Shown: piece by piece, positions 47,726 to 61,365 of the stretch | Position numbering within the stretch: the first letter of the stretch is position 1 | Layout: every line of letters starts with the position of its first letter | Position numbers and translations under genes: made by a program | Assembly: GCF_964204645.1 (NCBI RefSeq) | Contig: NC_134033.1 | Location: 7,696,655 to 7,760,654, forward strand | Direction of reading: 5' to 3' | DNA length: 64,000 nt | Origin: Tubulanus polymorphus | Lineage: Eukaryota; Animalia; Nemertea | The notes under the pieces: generated by a model | Database searches by the model: none | What the model was told of the DNA's origin: nothing | Seen by the model: only the letters and a program-made list of their open reading frames with translations

Positions 47726-49270
47726 GCCATTGTTGTTTGCCAAAATCAGCACTTTTTAAACATTTTCGAAGTTTTCGTGGGAAATTTTGAAGACGCTTTG
47801 ATCAATTACCCTGATCTTTCGTTTATATTTGAATCTGCCAAAGGCCCATCAGCATAAGAAAATTGGGTCGATCTGACTCAAGATGGCCGTCCTATGACCT
47901 TTTTAGTGCCCAAAAATGTCAATTTTGGCCAGAATTCTAGGTCCTGTAGCTTCCTACTGGTTTGCCATTTTCATTGCAATTGCTGATAGGTATTCTTTAG
48001 AGAGGGGTGTTTAATACCTGGGACAGGTATTTTTGATCAGCCAATTATGACGCAATTGGCGGCCATCTTGGTGTCATCAGTACTCATTCGTAGGTGGGAA
48101 AAAGTTTTTCCACATTAAATTTATACCTAAGCATATTGTGTTACTATATTCAATTGGAAAGTTGTAGCCCATAACGTGTTCTATGATTGTGGCGAGTTTC
48201 AAGGTCATTGGTTTTTGTATGTGGCCATCAGGGGGCATTGAATAATTCAACAACTTAGTATTGCTATATTATATTTGTACCAAGGCATATTTTGATACCA
48301 TGATCGCTTGCAAAGTTGTAGTTCATGACATCGTCTACGATTGTGGTGAGTTTTTAAGGACATTAGTTATTCCATATAGTCACCAGGGGGCGTTGAATAG
48401 TAGAATGACTTAGTATTTCCTTATTAGATTGGTACCTAGGCATATTTTGTTACTATGATCAATTGCAAAGTTGTATTTCATGACATGTACTACGATTGTG
48501 GTGAGTTTTAAGGTCATTGGGTTTTGCATATGGTCACTAGGGGGCGTTGAATAGTAGAATAACTTAGTATTTCCATATTAAATTGGTAACGAGGCATATT
48601 TTGTTATCACAATCAATTACAAAATCATAGCTGCTCACATGTTCTATGATTGTGGTGGGTTTCAAGGTCATTGGTTTTTGTATATGGTCACTAGAGGGCG
48701 TTATGTATTGAAATTGTTAGATTGTTGAGCATTTGAAACCACTGCCCAAGTGAGCATGGTGTCCCTGGACCCCTAGTTTGGTTTTGTCGCCCGCGACAAT
48801 TCATTATTTTGGTTTTGTCGCACGCAACAATTCAATATTTTGTTTTTGTCACCCGCGACAATTCATAATTTTGGTATTGTCACCCGTGGTTTTGTCGGAA
48901 CATTAAGGTTTTTGGTCAAACAGCGTGTTAAGGTCGTTTTGGAAATTTACTCGGTCTGGTATATTTTGGATTACTGTGTATGTCATTTGTCAGGACATTA
49001 AACAGAAGACGACTTAGGATACTACCTTGCGTGACTCCACCAGTTAGACCGTCTCATTCCAAGATGAGGCGTCCCGTTGATTTCGGTTACAAGTTTCCGT
49101 TCAGAGATAACTCCTGAGCCATTTGGGCGACCTATCATTGATACTGTTTCCTAATAGCCTGTTTAGTAATGGCTGATGTTGAGCCTCATCAAATGCTTTG
49201 TTGAAATCCACCGTTGAACAGGATTCTAAGACTGTGCAGAAAACCCGTTATCGCTGCTTTGCAGCTATAT

Positions 49271-52234
49271 TTAGGGTTTCTGCTGCCTTCGCAGAAACCC
49301 TATTGTATTCCTGCTGATTATTATTATTATTAATATTATTATTATTATTATTATTATTATCATTATTATATTCTTTTTCACACTGGATCTTACTGAAAGC
49401 ATATAAACTACTGCAACTTACTTTCACTGTCGGTGAATCCATTCTGTTACACAAGTACTACACTGCATTGACAAATACTGCGTATAATATTAATCAGAAT
49501 GCCACTGTTTACTCACTGTTAGCCTCTAAACATCGAAATTTAAGCCCGATTCAAACAGTATCCATCTACGTATGTGTATTGCCTACGTGTCATTCCCACA
49601 GCGCGTCTGTTTGTGTCAGTGTCACTATAAGCATTGATAGAGCTGGTGTACTAGATCTGTAGTTTTTTGACGCCTTATAAAACGTTACCATTATGAAACC
49701 TAAACAATGCTAACCATTCAGCGTCATTTTACAAACGACAACCGTAAATCGATGTGCAAAACATCACAGGTTTATGTGTACACATACAAGCTATTTGGTA
49801 AAATATTATTGATAAAGATGTAGAATGGCTCCCTGTGATTATATAATGACCTCTATTTGAACGTCGGAATGTTATATTGCATTGAATATCATGAGAAGAC
49901 GTATTGTAATAGTAAAGGATGTATGATTATATCAGGAGCGGCAGGCATAAATAGAAATGATAAGTAAATCGGATTATCCTGTCATGGGGATGCTAGTGGA
50001 ATGACGAAGCTATCTACGATCTGAGTAGGGCCGGCGTGAATTTCATCGGCGGCTACAAGCGGTCTATATAAAAACGTGTAAACATATAATTTCAATATTC
50101 AAATGTTTTAGAAAATATGTTCGATATTAGGGGTATGCAGGTTTCATGAGATTAGCAATTTATAATAGCATAGCTGTCATATACGGCTCCGCGTCCATTG
50201 ATGGCATGTGTATAAGGTGACAATTCAATTCAATACTTTATTGATCCTTATTACATTGAAATTCAGGGATAAAATTCCCAAATTCAATAAAGTTACAAAT
50301 TTTAAACTAAGAAAATACAAAATACAAGACACACGGGTAATTCATACAGAATAACATGAATAAGTTATTTAAATGACAATGTCTATTTCAACCCAGACTC
50401 AAGTCTAGGATATCGAGTGACAGCCAAACCGGGTCCCGGGACCGGGACGGCTGGCTACACGATATGCTCGAAGTCATGATGAAGCAGACATCAGAAGAGC
50501 TCTTTCTTCAACCATGGATGCAATGAAGTTGCAGACCAGCTTAGAGGCAAAAGTGAATCGAAGTCGGTCACAAGTTGACAATTTCTTTTAAAAATTAGAC
50601 CAGTCGAAGACTGTATCATCTACCCAATCGCCAAATCTCATAATTCCCCAAATTTCTTAAAACTTCGATTTCAAATTTGCAATTCCACATTAGCTTATCC
50701 CAGAAATTCTACATTTTTTCGCAGGCGTCAAATAATTTATTAAAGTTAATTTTCTTGTTTAGTATTTTTATCTCTTCTTCTATTGTGGCGCACTGAATGA
50801 GGTCAGTCTCGAGTGAACGCAACTGAGGAATTTAGCCTTGTTTGTGCCTCCTATACAAGCAATAGCAATCCTGGCAGTATCTTCCCTGTATAGAGCTAAT
50901 TAATGCAGCTATACGCGAGAGCCTGGATGATTATATTCTGCTAGCATTACAATATTCCTTTACGGATTTACTTGAAACTTTCGTGAGATGTACGGATCAC
51001 AGGTACCTTGAGGTAAGTCGAAGGGATCTTTGATTGGGGACCCCGTTCACCCACCAGGGGGCGTTTTACTTTTGAAAATTCTGACATCGAAAAGTTACTG
51101 TGAGAAAAATTTTTGTCTCTTTGTTTTCAGCTTCAGCCGAGCACGAAAGTTGTTCATAACAGCCTGGAGGCTAAAAAAGTCATTGGGACGCCCTATCTGC
51201 GATTAACCGTTTGGGCTCTATGGGCTCGAAAATGGGCCCCCAAATTTTTTAATGAGATTTTTGCTCCTAGCTCCTTAACCGTTGGAGATAGAATCGTGGT
51301 TGCAAAGAGTGATCAGTAGCCCTTGCGAAGTCGCTTTTATTGATGTATGGTATAACTATGTAACTCATATGGTTCTCCAGTAGCGCCACCTATAAGATGC
51401 TGGAATACGCATTTTCATCTATATCGACTAAGGGTATCAATGGATTTCTATAAAAATTGATACACATGTACCTGGTTAGAAAACGAAACGAACCCCTTAT
51501 ATGATTAGTTCCCATTTTAACCACTAGGGGGCGTAAATTTTGAAAAATCGATTTCAGCATCCATTTTTCGCATTTAATGCGGTCTGTTTATTATGAAAAT
51601 CACGAAACTTGGTATAAGAACAAAGACATGTGTGTAATATGCCATCCTGCATGATTAGTTCATACAACTGCCACCAGGGGACTGTGAAAATAACGATTTT
51701 TGCTCCTAGGTCCTAAACCGTTGGCGATAGAATCGAGGTTTCAATGTGTGGTTAGTAGCCCTTTTCAAGATACTTGGATTTATGTATGGTTTAAGTAGGT
51801 AACTTATATTGTTCTCCAGGAGCGCCACCTTCATTTTGCTGGAAATGCATTTTCATTGATAGCTACTAAGCGGATAAAGGGATCTCTATAAAAATTGATA
51901 TACATGTACCTGGATATAAGATACAACGAATCCCTAACATAATTAGTTCCTATTCTAACCACTAGGGGGCGTTAATGTTGAAACTCATTCTAGCATCAGT
52001 TTTTTCGATTGTAATTCAGTAGTATGCTAACCGGCAAATTACCGGCCACTTGGGCATGGGAAAAGTACCGTATCTTCGTTATTCTCGGTGTCATATCCCC
52101 TAACCTTGGTACATTAGAACTTTTCGCGTAGTATCCCATGTGAATCAACATAGCCATGTTATCAGCTGACCCCTAGGTGGCGCTCCTCATCCAGCAAGGC
52201 AGAAACCCGTTATCGCTGCTTTGCAGCTATATTT
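49271..52234 (+). mobile_element. HINE family C with nested family D
   Basis: Head TAGGGTTTCTGC-TGCCTTC-GCAGAAACCCTA, (TTA)n tract, end GCAGAAACCCGTTATCGCTGCTTTGCAGCTATATTT; internal ~440-bp duplication. Confidence 0.7.
49663..50760 (+). mobile_element. HINE-like family D, copy 2
   Basis: Collinear with 28001-29179. Confidence 0.7.
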
Positions 52235-52457
52235 ACTATTATTATTTTTCACCTTTTCACACTGGATCTTACTGAAAATCTATTAACTACTGTCCTCGCG
52301 TCTATTCTCAATGAAACCATATTTAATCACAAGCACTACGTTGTATTGACAAATACTGCATGGGTTTTTCATCTGATCCTCACAGTTCACACTTCAAGCC
52401 TCTGAACAGCGCAAATTAGCCCCGTATTGAATAGTTTGCCATTTTAGTGGAGTGTCA

Positions 52458-53204
52458 GCAAGTTAGGCAAAAACCGTAATGTTTCCAATGTCTCTGTTTT
52501 TAACGCATGCGCATTAGGCTAAGTAAGTGTTGGAAAAGTCTAAGTCGAGAAATGAGTACAGTGCGCAGGCGTCATGAAAGTTTTTACATGTTTCAAAACT
52601 GGGTCATGTAAGTACGGTATTCGCTTGAAATGAACCAGCGTGAACTTTAGCAGCGGGATCGTGATGTCTAAATAATCTTGTATCATATGCTTGCGTATTA
52701 TATCTTAATACAATTAAATGAATTGTCAAAATAAATAAACAGTGACATTGGGATCACCATAGAAAGTGCACCAAAGTTCATAATGGTTAGCATTTCGAGA
52801 TCAGCATTTTCGGGATTCGAACATGATAGCGTCGTATAAAATAAATCAGTGTCACTGGAGTCATCTAAGTTCAAATTCAATTGAAATAAGTTCAGTATTT
52901 TTCGGGGCTCGAATGTGATAGCGCCGCAAAAATAAACGAGTGACACTCGGGTCATCAATGTTCAAATCGAATTGAAATAAGATAATTATTTATTGTGGGA
53001 TTCGAATCTAATAGAAACGGAAACATTGGAGTCATCAAAACACTCATTCGTTATGCGTACACTGACATGACCCAGTTTTGAAAGTTCTGACATGAAGTGA
53101 CGCCTGCACACTCAACCGATTTCTGGACTTAGAGAGAATTTCCCCAACACTCACTAATGCGCATGCGTTAAAAACGGAGACATTGGAAACATTACGGTTA
53201 TTGC
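52458..53204. mobile_element. Mutator-like MITE (9-bp TSD)
   Basis: GGAGTGTCA at 52449-52457 and 53205-53213; long imperfect TIRs AACCGTAATGTTTCCAATGTCTC... Confidence 0.75.
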
Positions 53205-53215
53205 GGAGTGTCATG

Positions 53216-54005
53216 CACAGGGGTTTGGCGATGGGCTTGGATTTTATTTCCGGGTTGTTGATAATCTCGCGAGAATGGTGCTAAATATGAACTGCGAATA
53301 AATTCAAAATATCACGGAAATACCTTGTGTTTATATTGTTTATTTATCCGCTATAAAGTTCTGATAAACAATTGGTCGTTAAGGATCATTATCAGACGGT
53401 CGTTACGCTTTACTATATAAAATCACAAGGGATGAAACGCAGTTCAAGTCGTGCCAGCCAGAGAGTTGGGACAGTCACGTGACTTAACGCTTCTTATTTG
53501 ACTGAACGCGAACCTGAAGCATATAAGATGGAAACTATGATACGAAAAATGTTTGAGAATAACTTACATTCAAATGCATTTTTTGACTATGAATTATATA
53601 TTTCATCATAATTTATTCTTTATAAGTTATTTATTTCATATGAATCATAATCTGACAATTGATATCGGTCGGTGAATATGTTAACTTTTCGTTTTGAAGT
53701 TTTAAATGCGATGACGTCATCAGAATGTCACGTGACTGTCCCAACTTTCTGGCTGAAAATTTAAGTACAGCGGAGGCCTGGCGTTTCATCCCTTGTGATT
53801 TTATATAGTAAAGCGTGACGACCGTCTGATAATGATTCTTAACAACCAATTGTTTATCGAAACTTTATAGCGGATAAATAAACAATATAAACACAAGGTA
53901 TTTCCGTGATATTTTGAATTTATTCGCAGTTCATATTTAGCGCCATTCTCGCGAGATTATCAACAACCCAGAAATAAAATCCAAGCCCATCGCCAAACCC
54001 CTGTG
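53216..54005. mobile_element. MITE with long (>200-bp) TIRs and 8-bp TSD (P- or hAT-type)
   Basis: CACAGGGG...CCCCTGTG flanked by GTGTCATG (53208-53215, 54006-54013). Confidence 0.85.
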
Positions 54006-54256
54006 GTGTCATGTTATTCTTGAAAGTGGAGTATGTTGCCTAGGAGTATGTTGCCTACAGTTATAATCCCAGAAAGTCAAATTCAAATTGTGTACTTTAT
54101 TGTTTCTTTTCCCAATATCGTGCAAGTAATATTCCGAAGTAACGATAATATAAGATGATGAATAGTGATACGTTTTAACATAAAATAATTCATATGCTGT
54201 AGTCAATTTGGGAGTGTTGTGCGGAACGACTAGTAGCAAGCAAGGTAGTATCCTAA

Positions 54257-55045
54257 GGCCTGTTTTTTAAATTGCTTGCAGCACGGATTTTATTACCCAA
54301 AAAATGGAAGGGTGGAGGGAAAAATAAGAAAAAAAAATTTTTCCAAAAGACCTTGTAAAAAGTGGAAGGGTGAAGGGAAAAAAATAAAAAAAATAATTTT
54401 ATTTTTTTTCCTTTCAAACAGGAGTTTCATCGCATAATCTGGAAGGGTGAAGGGAAGAAAAACAAACAAAAAATAAAAATTTTCCCATTTATTGCCTGCT
54501 ATAATGGGATATCCTGGAGGTATAAAAGAAAAAATATAAAATTGTTAAATCACATATTTCTTTATTTCAGAACAGAACACAATCTTATTGATTTCCTTAT
54601 TTTTTGCCCCTCCCAACCACGCACAGTCCAGCATCAAGGCACGTAATGCAAATTGGACCCACAGTCTTGTATAATGCCTCTGCCTCTTTCCATCTTTCAT
54701 CGTCTTGGACTCTGCTGTGGCGCCTCCCTCCACTCTCACCACCTTTCCGCCATCTGTATCTACCATCAATGCCACATCAGACCCCCTGAGACCAAGTGAC
54801 AGCCTTGATAGTCGCCTGTCAAGCTCTTTGCTTCCTTTCCAACAAATGAGTTGGAAAGCTGCCGCCGCCATTTTTTCTCTAATTTAGCGGTCAGAACGGC
54901 GGGCGGGAAAAATAAAAATATTTTTTATTTTTTTAAAAGTTCACGGATTTTCAGCACGGGTGAAGGGAAAAAAAAAGTTTCTTTTTTCCCAAATTGACGG
55001 AAACGACAGCGCCGGATCCGTGCTGCAAACAATTAAAAAAAGGCC
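54257..55045. mobile_element. PIF/Harbinger-type MITE (TAA TSD)
   Basis: GGCC...GGCC ends with ~30-bp TIRs and TAA on both sides; removal restores GTATCCTAAGTCGTCTTC, the reverse complement of HINE-A 3' sequence (e.g. ~12436-12455). Confidence 0.8.
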
Positions 55046-56137
55046 TAAGTCGTCTTCTCTTTAATGTCCTGATAAATGACATACACAGTAATCCAAAACG
55101 TACAGGACCAAGTAAATTACCAAAACGACCTTAACACGCTGTGTTCCATACATGGCCAGAAACATGGAAGATAGGCTTCAAGCTAAAAGGCATGATATGG
55201 ACATTGGATACGAAGAAAACCCAGGTTCAGATTATACCTTTTTGTTCGAATTAGAAGATTATTTTATTCGAATAAAGATTACTCATTATAATGAAAAGAC
55301 TATTTAGTTCCTACAAAATTTTGCTCTTTGGTACAAAAAATGCTTCGTTGAAACAATATATTTGTTCGAACAAAAAAAACTTAATGTTCTGAAATCTTAT
55401 GTATATGATTTGTATGTGACAGTCAAATAGTTTCGAGTTGGGTGACTGGAGAAAAGGAGCAGAAACCTATTGGTGCTTCAGAGTAAACAAAATCGCCAAT
55501 ATAACGGTAACGCCGCTGATGTATCGCAAGACGGCTGAAAATCCAGCTGATCCGTTGTCCCGAGCGATAAAATATGGCAATTTGACACGGTGAACTATGG
55601 TGGCATGGGCCAGCCTGATCATCAAAGTTTTCAGTGCACGACAACATTCTTCTGTTTCAGTGTGTTACAGTCAATCTTGCTGAAGATGTGGTTCTTGATA
55701 ATGCAATTATACTTTGCGTACAGTGTCACCTTCTCATGTCATTTAGCAGACATTACACAATTTGATGTTAAGAGACATTTTGACAGTATACTATGACATT
55801 TTGTCAAAGTACAAATAATTCGACGAAACGAAGATTTTTGGCGAGAATGCCCATATACGTGCACCGTTACACGCCGTGTCCATCTCAAGTTAACTTCTGA
55901 TAGGACAGCCCCTACCTTTATACACTGTCTCTAGGTTTGCTGGTCGTCGTTTCGTCCCAGAATAGTTTCTGATAATACCTCTACGTTCAATTGCGCAGCT
56001 GAGGTACTCCATGCAATATGTGAGGTACTCCATGCAATATGTGATTCCTAGATTGTTAAATCATATCTTATCTAACTAAGAAGGGATGTGCATGGCGTTT
56101 TATCCCTAAACATTGTTACATTGATAAGCCAAATCGA

Positions 56138-56545
56138 GAGGAGCTTCAGACTTTGCTAGTAGAATTTGAAGCGGTAATAAATGATCAACCGCTCACTTAT
56201 GTTTCATCGCAATTGAGCCTTATCCACTCACTCTGTCTGAACTTTTTCAAGGCACAAGTTTGAGCGCATTAATATGCCAGTAATCAGTTTGTTAACAGGT
56301 GGCATTCAGAGTATCAGCATTCAGAGTGAGAAACTCATGGTTTGTCAGGTTCTTAAGATCGGACTATTGCCGTTGGTAATACCGTGCAGATTCATGGGGA
56401 TGAGTAGCGTCCGTTTTGGACAAAGCCGTAGTTGCTGGTCTAAATATCGGAGGTGATGGAATTGTACAATCGGCGTGCCATTCTCAGGACCGTCAGAGGG
56501 GTGACGAATAGACCAATAAACTGTATCCATTAGAAATACATGCAT
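56138..56545 (+). pseudogene. BEL/Pao LTR-retrotransposon integrase remnant
   Basis: Manual translation: EELQTLLVEFEAVINDQPLTYVSS, VGNTVQIH, GGDGIVQSA, RPI / KLYPLEI across frameshifts. Confidence 0.75.
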
Positions 56546-57264
56546 CACCTGATATGCGTGGAGATCGGGAAATAATTCAATAATTCATACAGAGCAAGTA
56601 CCTCAGCTTTTTCTGCAGCTGAAGCGTTGTGCACGGAAATGTATTAAACGATTATTCGAATCTGAGGATAATGATTAATATGCAACAGAAATGTACTGTG
56701 TAGTGTCTTTAATTGTGCCATGGTCATTTTGGACTTTTTTAAGTCTATAACTTAAAACAACGACCATTGTCAAAATACTTATTCTCATGTTGCGTTTGAG
56801 ATTTTCTATCGAACGTTTGCAGTTTATGAATGTTACTCTTTTATGCTAGGCTGTCGATCCTGACATACCAGAAGGTTTATACTCTTTGGGATTCAATTCA
56901 AATGAATTTTCATATCATTTCAGTTGAAGGCTACATTAAAACTCAAGTCACTTGGTTTGTTCCTTTTCAGGTCATTGTACAAGAAACAATTGCGGAGTTT
57001 AAAGCTTAACACCCGCAACAACTATTCGTCAATTGTTTGCTTGATACATAATCTTGAAATAATCCTCATAATAAAGTCGTGTAAAATTTATATCAAAATG
57101 TTTTATTATCAATCAGAATATATGTTTATTAGTTCAAAATTAGTTCAACAAAATGTGAATGCAATAGTTCCATGTGGGCTAAAAAGCAAAAGATGTGTAA
57201 AAACTCTGGTTCACAGGCCTTTGTGTAATTGCGATAAGGCTTTCCATTCACTGATTATAAAACA

Positions 57265-57420
57265 CTACACTGTTCCAGTGTATTTATAATATTTGTTATA
57301 GTCCGCATACAGTCCTTTCAAAAGTTCTCTGATTCCATGATCTAAAACCCCGAACATCATCACCGATGCATGATCATCGCATAGACTCATTAACGCATAG
57401 ATTCCTGGTAGCAGTGCCCT
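57265..57420 (-). CDS. URB2: URB2 (Npa2) ribosome biogenesis factor, terminal coding exon
   Basis: TTTTTTATAG acceptor, then RALLPGIYALMSLCDDHASVMMFGVLDHGIRELLKGLYADYNKYYKYTGTV-TAG, resembling the Urb2 C-terminal domain. Confidence 0.85.
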   Translation of the reverse strand, partial: RALLPGIYALMSLCDDHASVMMFGVLDHGIRELLKGLYADYNKYYKYTGTV

Positions 57421-57895
57421 CTATAAAAAACATAAGACACCTTTCAAATTATAAAGATCACAAATTGTAATATAAATGGTATTATACAAGATTATTTTCA
57501 GCACAGGCTGGTCCCACCCAACAGACATTTTACCATTCTTCCAATTCTTGATTGTCCAAGCAACACATGTATTCACCACCTCGTCCAGACATTTAAATTA
57601 AAAATTAACTAATAAATGAACTACAAAAGCCAGACACAGGGTGGATCCAGCACCACATGCAGACATTTTTCAGTTAAGAGTGCACTTATTTAGTTTTATC
57701 CAGACTAGTGAGCGCAGACGGAACCCCAAAAAAAGTTTTGGATTTTGGGATACATGAATTTCATTTTGTTCTCCCACAATAGGAAGTGCCCCTCTTTGCC
57801 CTGAAATTGATTAAATTTTCATGATTTTGAAAATACTAAATCGCCATTTAAAAGGCCACTGAGTTTTGGACTGTCTTTGAAAAAGCGTATCATAC

Positions 57896-58007
57896 CTTAA
57901 TGCTGGGAACTAAGGTCACTTTCTGTACCTCAAATACATAATCTGAAACTATGTAACAAGCAAGACGACAGAATTCAGTCCTATGATAGCTGATGTTCGT
58001 CAATAAC
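57896..58007 (-). CDS. URB2: URB2 penultimate exon
   Basis: TTTTTGCAG acceptor and GTATG donor; LLTNISYHRTEFCRLACYIVSDYVFEVQKVTLVPSIK matches the YVxEVQKVTLxPxxK stretch of vertebrate URB2 and splices in phase to the last exon. Confidence 0.85.
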
Positions 58008-59529
58008 CTGCAAAAAATTAAATACAAATAATTTCAATTCATTCATCCTCTCATTGCCTTGCCCCAGCGCCCTTATTCAACAATACAAGAGCCCCAAGGG
58101 ATGGCCAGCCATCACATTCGCTTTACATAAATGATGCAATCGATAAAAACAAATAAAACACTATTAATATTATCATAATTATCTGTGGCTTATATCCTTC
58201 AAAATACATTCCCTGCGGAATTCAATATATATAGTACGAGCGCGTTTTTACAAGAAGCACAGACAGAATGAAGGAATACAGTCAAACCTCATTACAGCAA
58301 AGTTCTGGGGGCAAAACACAAACTTCGTTGTATCCAATACTTCGTTGTAAAGGTTGAAGAAAACAAATAAATCGTAGCTTCTAAACATATGCGCTTATAG
58401 TCGAAACGGACGTTTCATAACTTAAAAACGCAAGAAAAGTTCTTAGGCACCGTGACTTTTATGATGGACCATTCAAAAGATCTCGCGCAACGTATCACTG
58501 AACACGCTATGAAACGACCAACACAACATTTCCTACCATAAGCTGAATTAACCAAAAAAGAAACTAATTTGGACTAACAAATTGCTTCTTGAGCTTATCT
58601 GTTCGATGAGCCGCTCCAAGCCTTCAAATTGAACATACATCCACTTTTTTTCGTTCCTTTGTCAACTTTTTAAAGTATTTCGACATGAGTGGCCAAACCA
58701 AACAAGAGCCCCAAGGGGCACTATGGCCAGCCTGTCAGCTTTTCCAAAATGGCAAATGATGCATTCTGTGGGTTAAATTTGTCAAAATATACTCCCAGCT
58801 CATAGACTTAGTCAATCCCAGGCTAATATCGTGTTTTCAGTAGTAGCACAGACAGCGACTGGAGCTGGCAGAATACCTCAGATAAATCTTTTCCCTTGGT
58901 CTTATTGATTTGAATGCAGAATAGAATTGAATTTTCTAAAATTTGCTCAATAAAGCAAAATTGAATTGGATTTGCTGTTTTACCTTGTTCAATAAAGTAA
59001 AATTGAATTGGATTTGATATTTTTTTGCAGAATAAAATTTGATTGAATTTGCAGTTTGAGCACATGGCTAATTAGCATATCAAGGTCATCTGTCCGATTT
59101 GAGAAAAAGCTATTTTTCCCAGACTTTGCACAATTGTCAATGATATTTTCTGTAGTGCAAATAAAAATATAATCAAAATATAATTTAAAAAAATATTCAA
59201 AAAACCAAATCAACTAAAAATTTTCACAGAAATCGATATTGAAATACAATTTTAGATCTTACAATAAAACCCGGAAGTAAAATTGTAGACCATACCGCAG
59301 GTTCGTGTGAACACCTGCTAAGCCAATCATGCGATCAGATTTTCGCGAAAAAGCTCATATAAATTTTAACGAGGCGCTCTTTCAAAATTCAGCTTCAAAG
59401 GGGATGGAGAATGGATAATGCTCTAATGAATGATTTGTATGAATATATGCTCAGTTGCACAGTCAAAGAGCCTTTACTCTGGAAACCATGTCATTTAAAT
59501 TCGCTCCATTTGTATAGTAATAGGCTCAG

Positions 59530-60935
59530 CCTACGGCTGGCCTAAACATGCATTCGTTTGTGAGGCGCCGTTGTAGAAAATATGAACAGATAAGGTGAAG
59601 CTGACAAGGCCTGAAGCTGACGAGGATCGCTGGACAATGGCCAGGCGAGTAGATTTAACCACTGGCTGTTCGGATGATGCCGAAAGTTCCCCTGAGACAG
59701 AATCAATGGGAAATTCGGAAGAATCCTGGGGTTGTCGCACAGAAAGTTGAGAAATGGTAGGAACCATTTCTGCACCGACCTTCATGGTGCTACCAGAACT
59801 GTTGCAATTGACTGATCTCTTCATTTGATCTAGCAAGCGCAGGAGGACTGGTGTGGGCGGGAATGCATACGCATGCATCCCTGACCAATACAGAGAGAAG
59901 ACGTAGACCCCCACGCTTCCGTGTGTGGAAACAGGGAAACAAACAGTGGACACCTCCGATTGAACCGGGTGGCAAACAGAATGATCCAGCAGCGGATTGC
60001 CGAACATGTCTCGAACCCGATTGGCTACTTCTTGGTGGAGAATCCATTCTGTCACTAAAGCCTGACCTTGGGCCTTCCACACGGCCAGCAGTTCCAGGAA
60101 ATTTATGTGGTTGGTGGCCTGGTAGTGAGACCAGCTGTGACTCGGTTCTCCAGATGCGCCCTCACCCTTGGTGACTGACATCCGTAAATACACGAACTGG
60201 GGCCTCTAGCGGGGACAGTGACACCCTGCGACGAAGATTCGTAGTTGTCGCCCACCAATGAAGATCTGGACTAAGATCGGTTGGGGGTACGGGAATAAAA
60301 GTCTCCCAGTTGCCCTTTGACTAAGACAGAAGACCTTCCAATATTTTTGCCAGTTCCTGCTTCTGAGGCGGCCTAAGGGCACCGCCAGACCCATGGAGCT
60401 GATGGAGCCTAGAAGCCGTGACCATTAACAAGCTGTTCTCGGGGTTGTGGTAACTCCCGCTACAGCTTCTTGAAGTTTGGTTACACAAGCCATGGATGGA
60501 AAGACTTTGCCGATTCGGAGATCGAAGTCCATGCTGAGATGAACTAATGGGCCGGCGTCAACTGAGATTTTTCCCTGTTTACGTGGAACCCTAGCCGATG
60601 GACAAAGTCCAAGACTGAGGTAATTTCGACAATCTTGAGCCGAGATTGAGACTATTAACCAGTTGTCGAGGTTAATGAACAGCCGAACACCCCTGGTATG
60701 AAGTACCTTCTTAGCGGACTTACCAACTTGGTGAAAACCCACAGAGCCGAACTGAAGCGAAATGGAAGAGACCTGGACAGGAACTGGCGGCTTTTCTACT
60801 TTATCCTCAGAAAGCGCCGATTTCTTGGGTGAATTGGAACCTGAAAATAAGCATCGTTCAGGTCCAATGAAGCTGCCGATTGACCCAGACACAGCCATTG
60901 AATCACGTCCCTGGGTTTGACCTTGAAACTCACTA
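59530..60935 (-). pseudogene. DIRS1-like retrotransposon pol remnant (RT, RNase H, methyltransferase-like), probably in a URB2 intron
   Basis: RLFINLDNWLI (YLDD), HINFLELLAV (RNase H), EWIL...YAFPP (MT-like). An upstream gag-like stretch probably lies at ~61370-61990. Confidence 0.8.
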
Positions 60936-60939
60936 CAAT

Positions 60940-61365
60940 CATAGAACATGTCAGCAGCTACGATTTTGTAATTGATTGTGATAACAAAATATGCCTCGTT
61001 ACCAATTTAATATGGAAATACTAAGTAATTCTACAATTCAATGCCCCCTGGTGACCATATGCCAAAGCCATAGAACATGTCATAAACTACAACTTTGCAA
61101 TTGATCATGGTAACAAAATATGCCTAGGTACCAATCTAATAAGGAAATACTAAGTTATTCTACTATTTAACGCCCCTGGTGACCATATAGAATAACTAAT
61201 GTCCTTAAAACTCACCACAATCATAGACAATGTCATGAGCTACAACTTTGCAATTGGTTGTGGTAACAAAATATGCTTAGGTATCAATATAATGTGGAAA
61301 AACTTTTTCCCACCTACGAATGAGTACTGATGATACCAAGATGGCCACCAATTGCGTCATAATAA
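60940..61365 (-). mobile_element. HINE-B fragment (155-bp repeats) inserted in the DIRS remnant
   Basis: Reverse complement of family-B internal sequence. Confidence 0.75.

Larger units (their letters stand above)
29608..48779 (+). mobile_element. HINE family B copy split by the full Polinton
   Basis: 5' part 29608-29823 with (GTCC)n and 3' part 47726-48779 are collinear with uninterrupted copy 10419-12086. Confidence 0.75.
25201..49272 (+). mobile_element. HINE family A, copy 3, full length, hosting nested D, B and Polinton insertions
   Basis: Three heads, body and 31-bp array; resumes after 48779 and ends with subTIR and stem-loop at 49236-49272. Confidence 0.75.
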
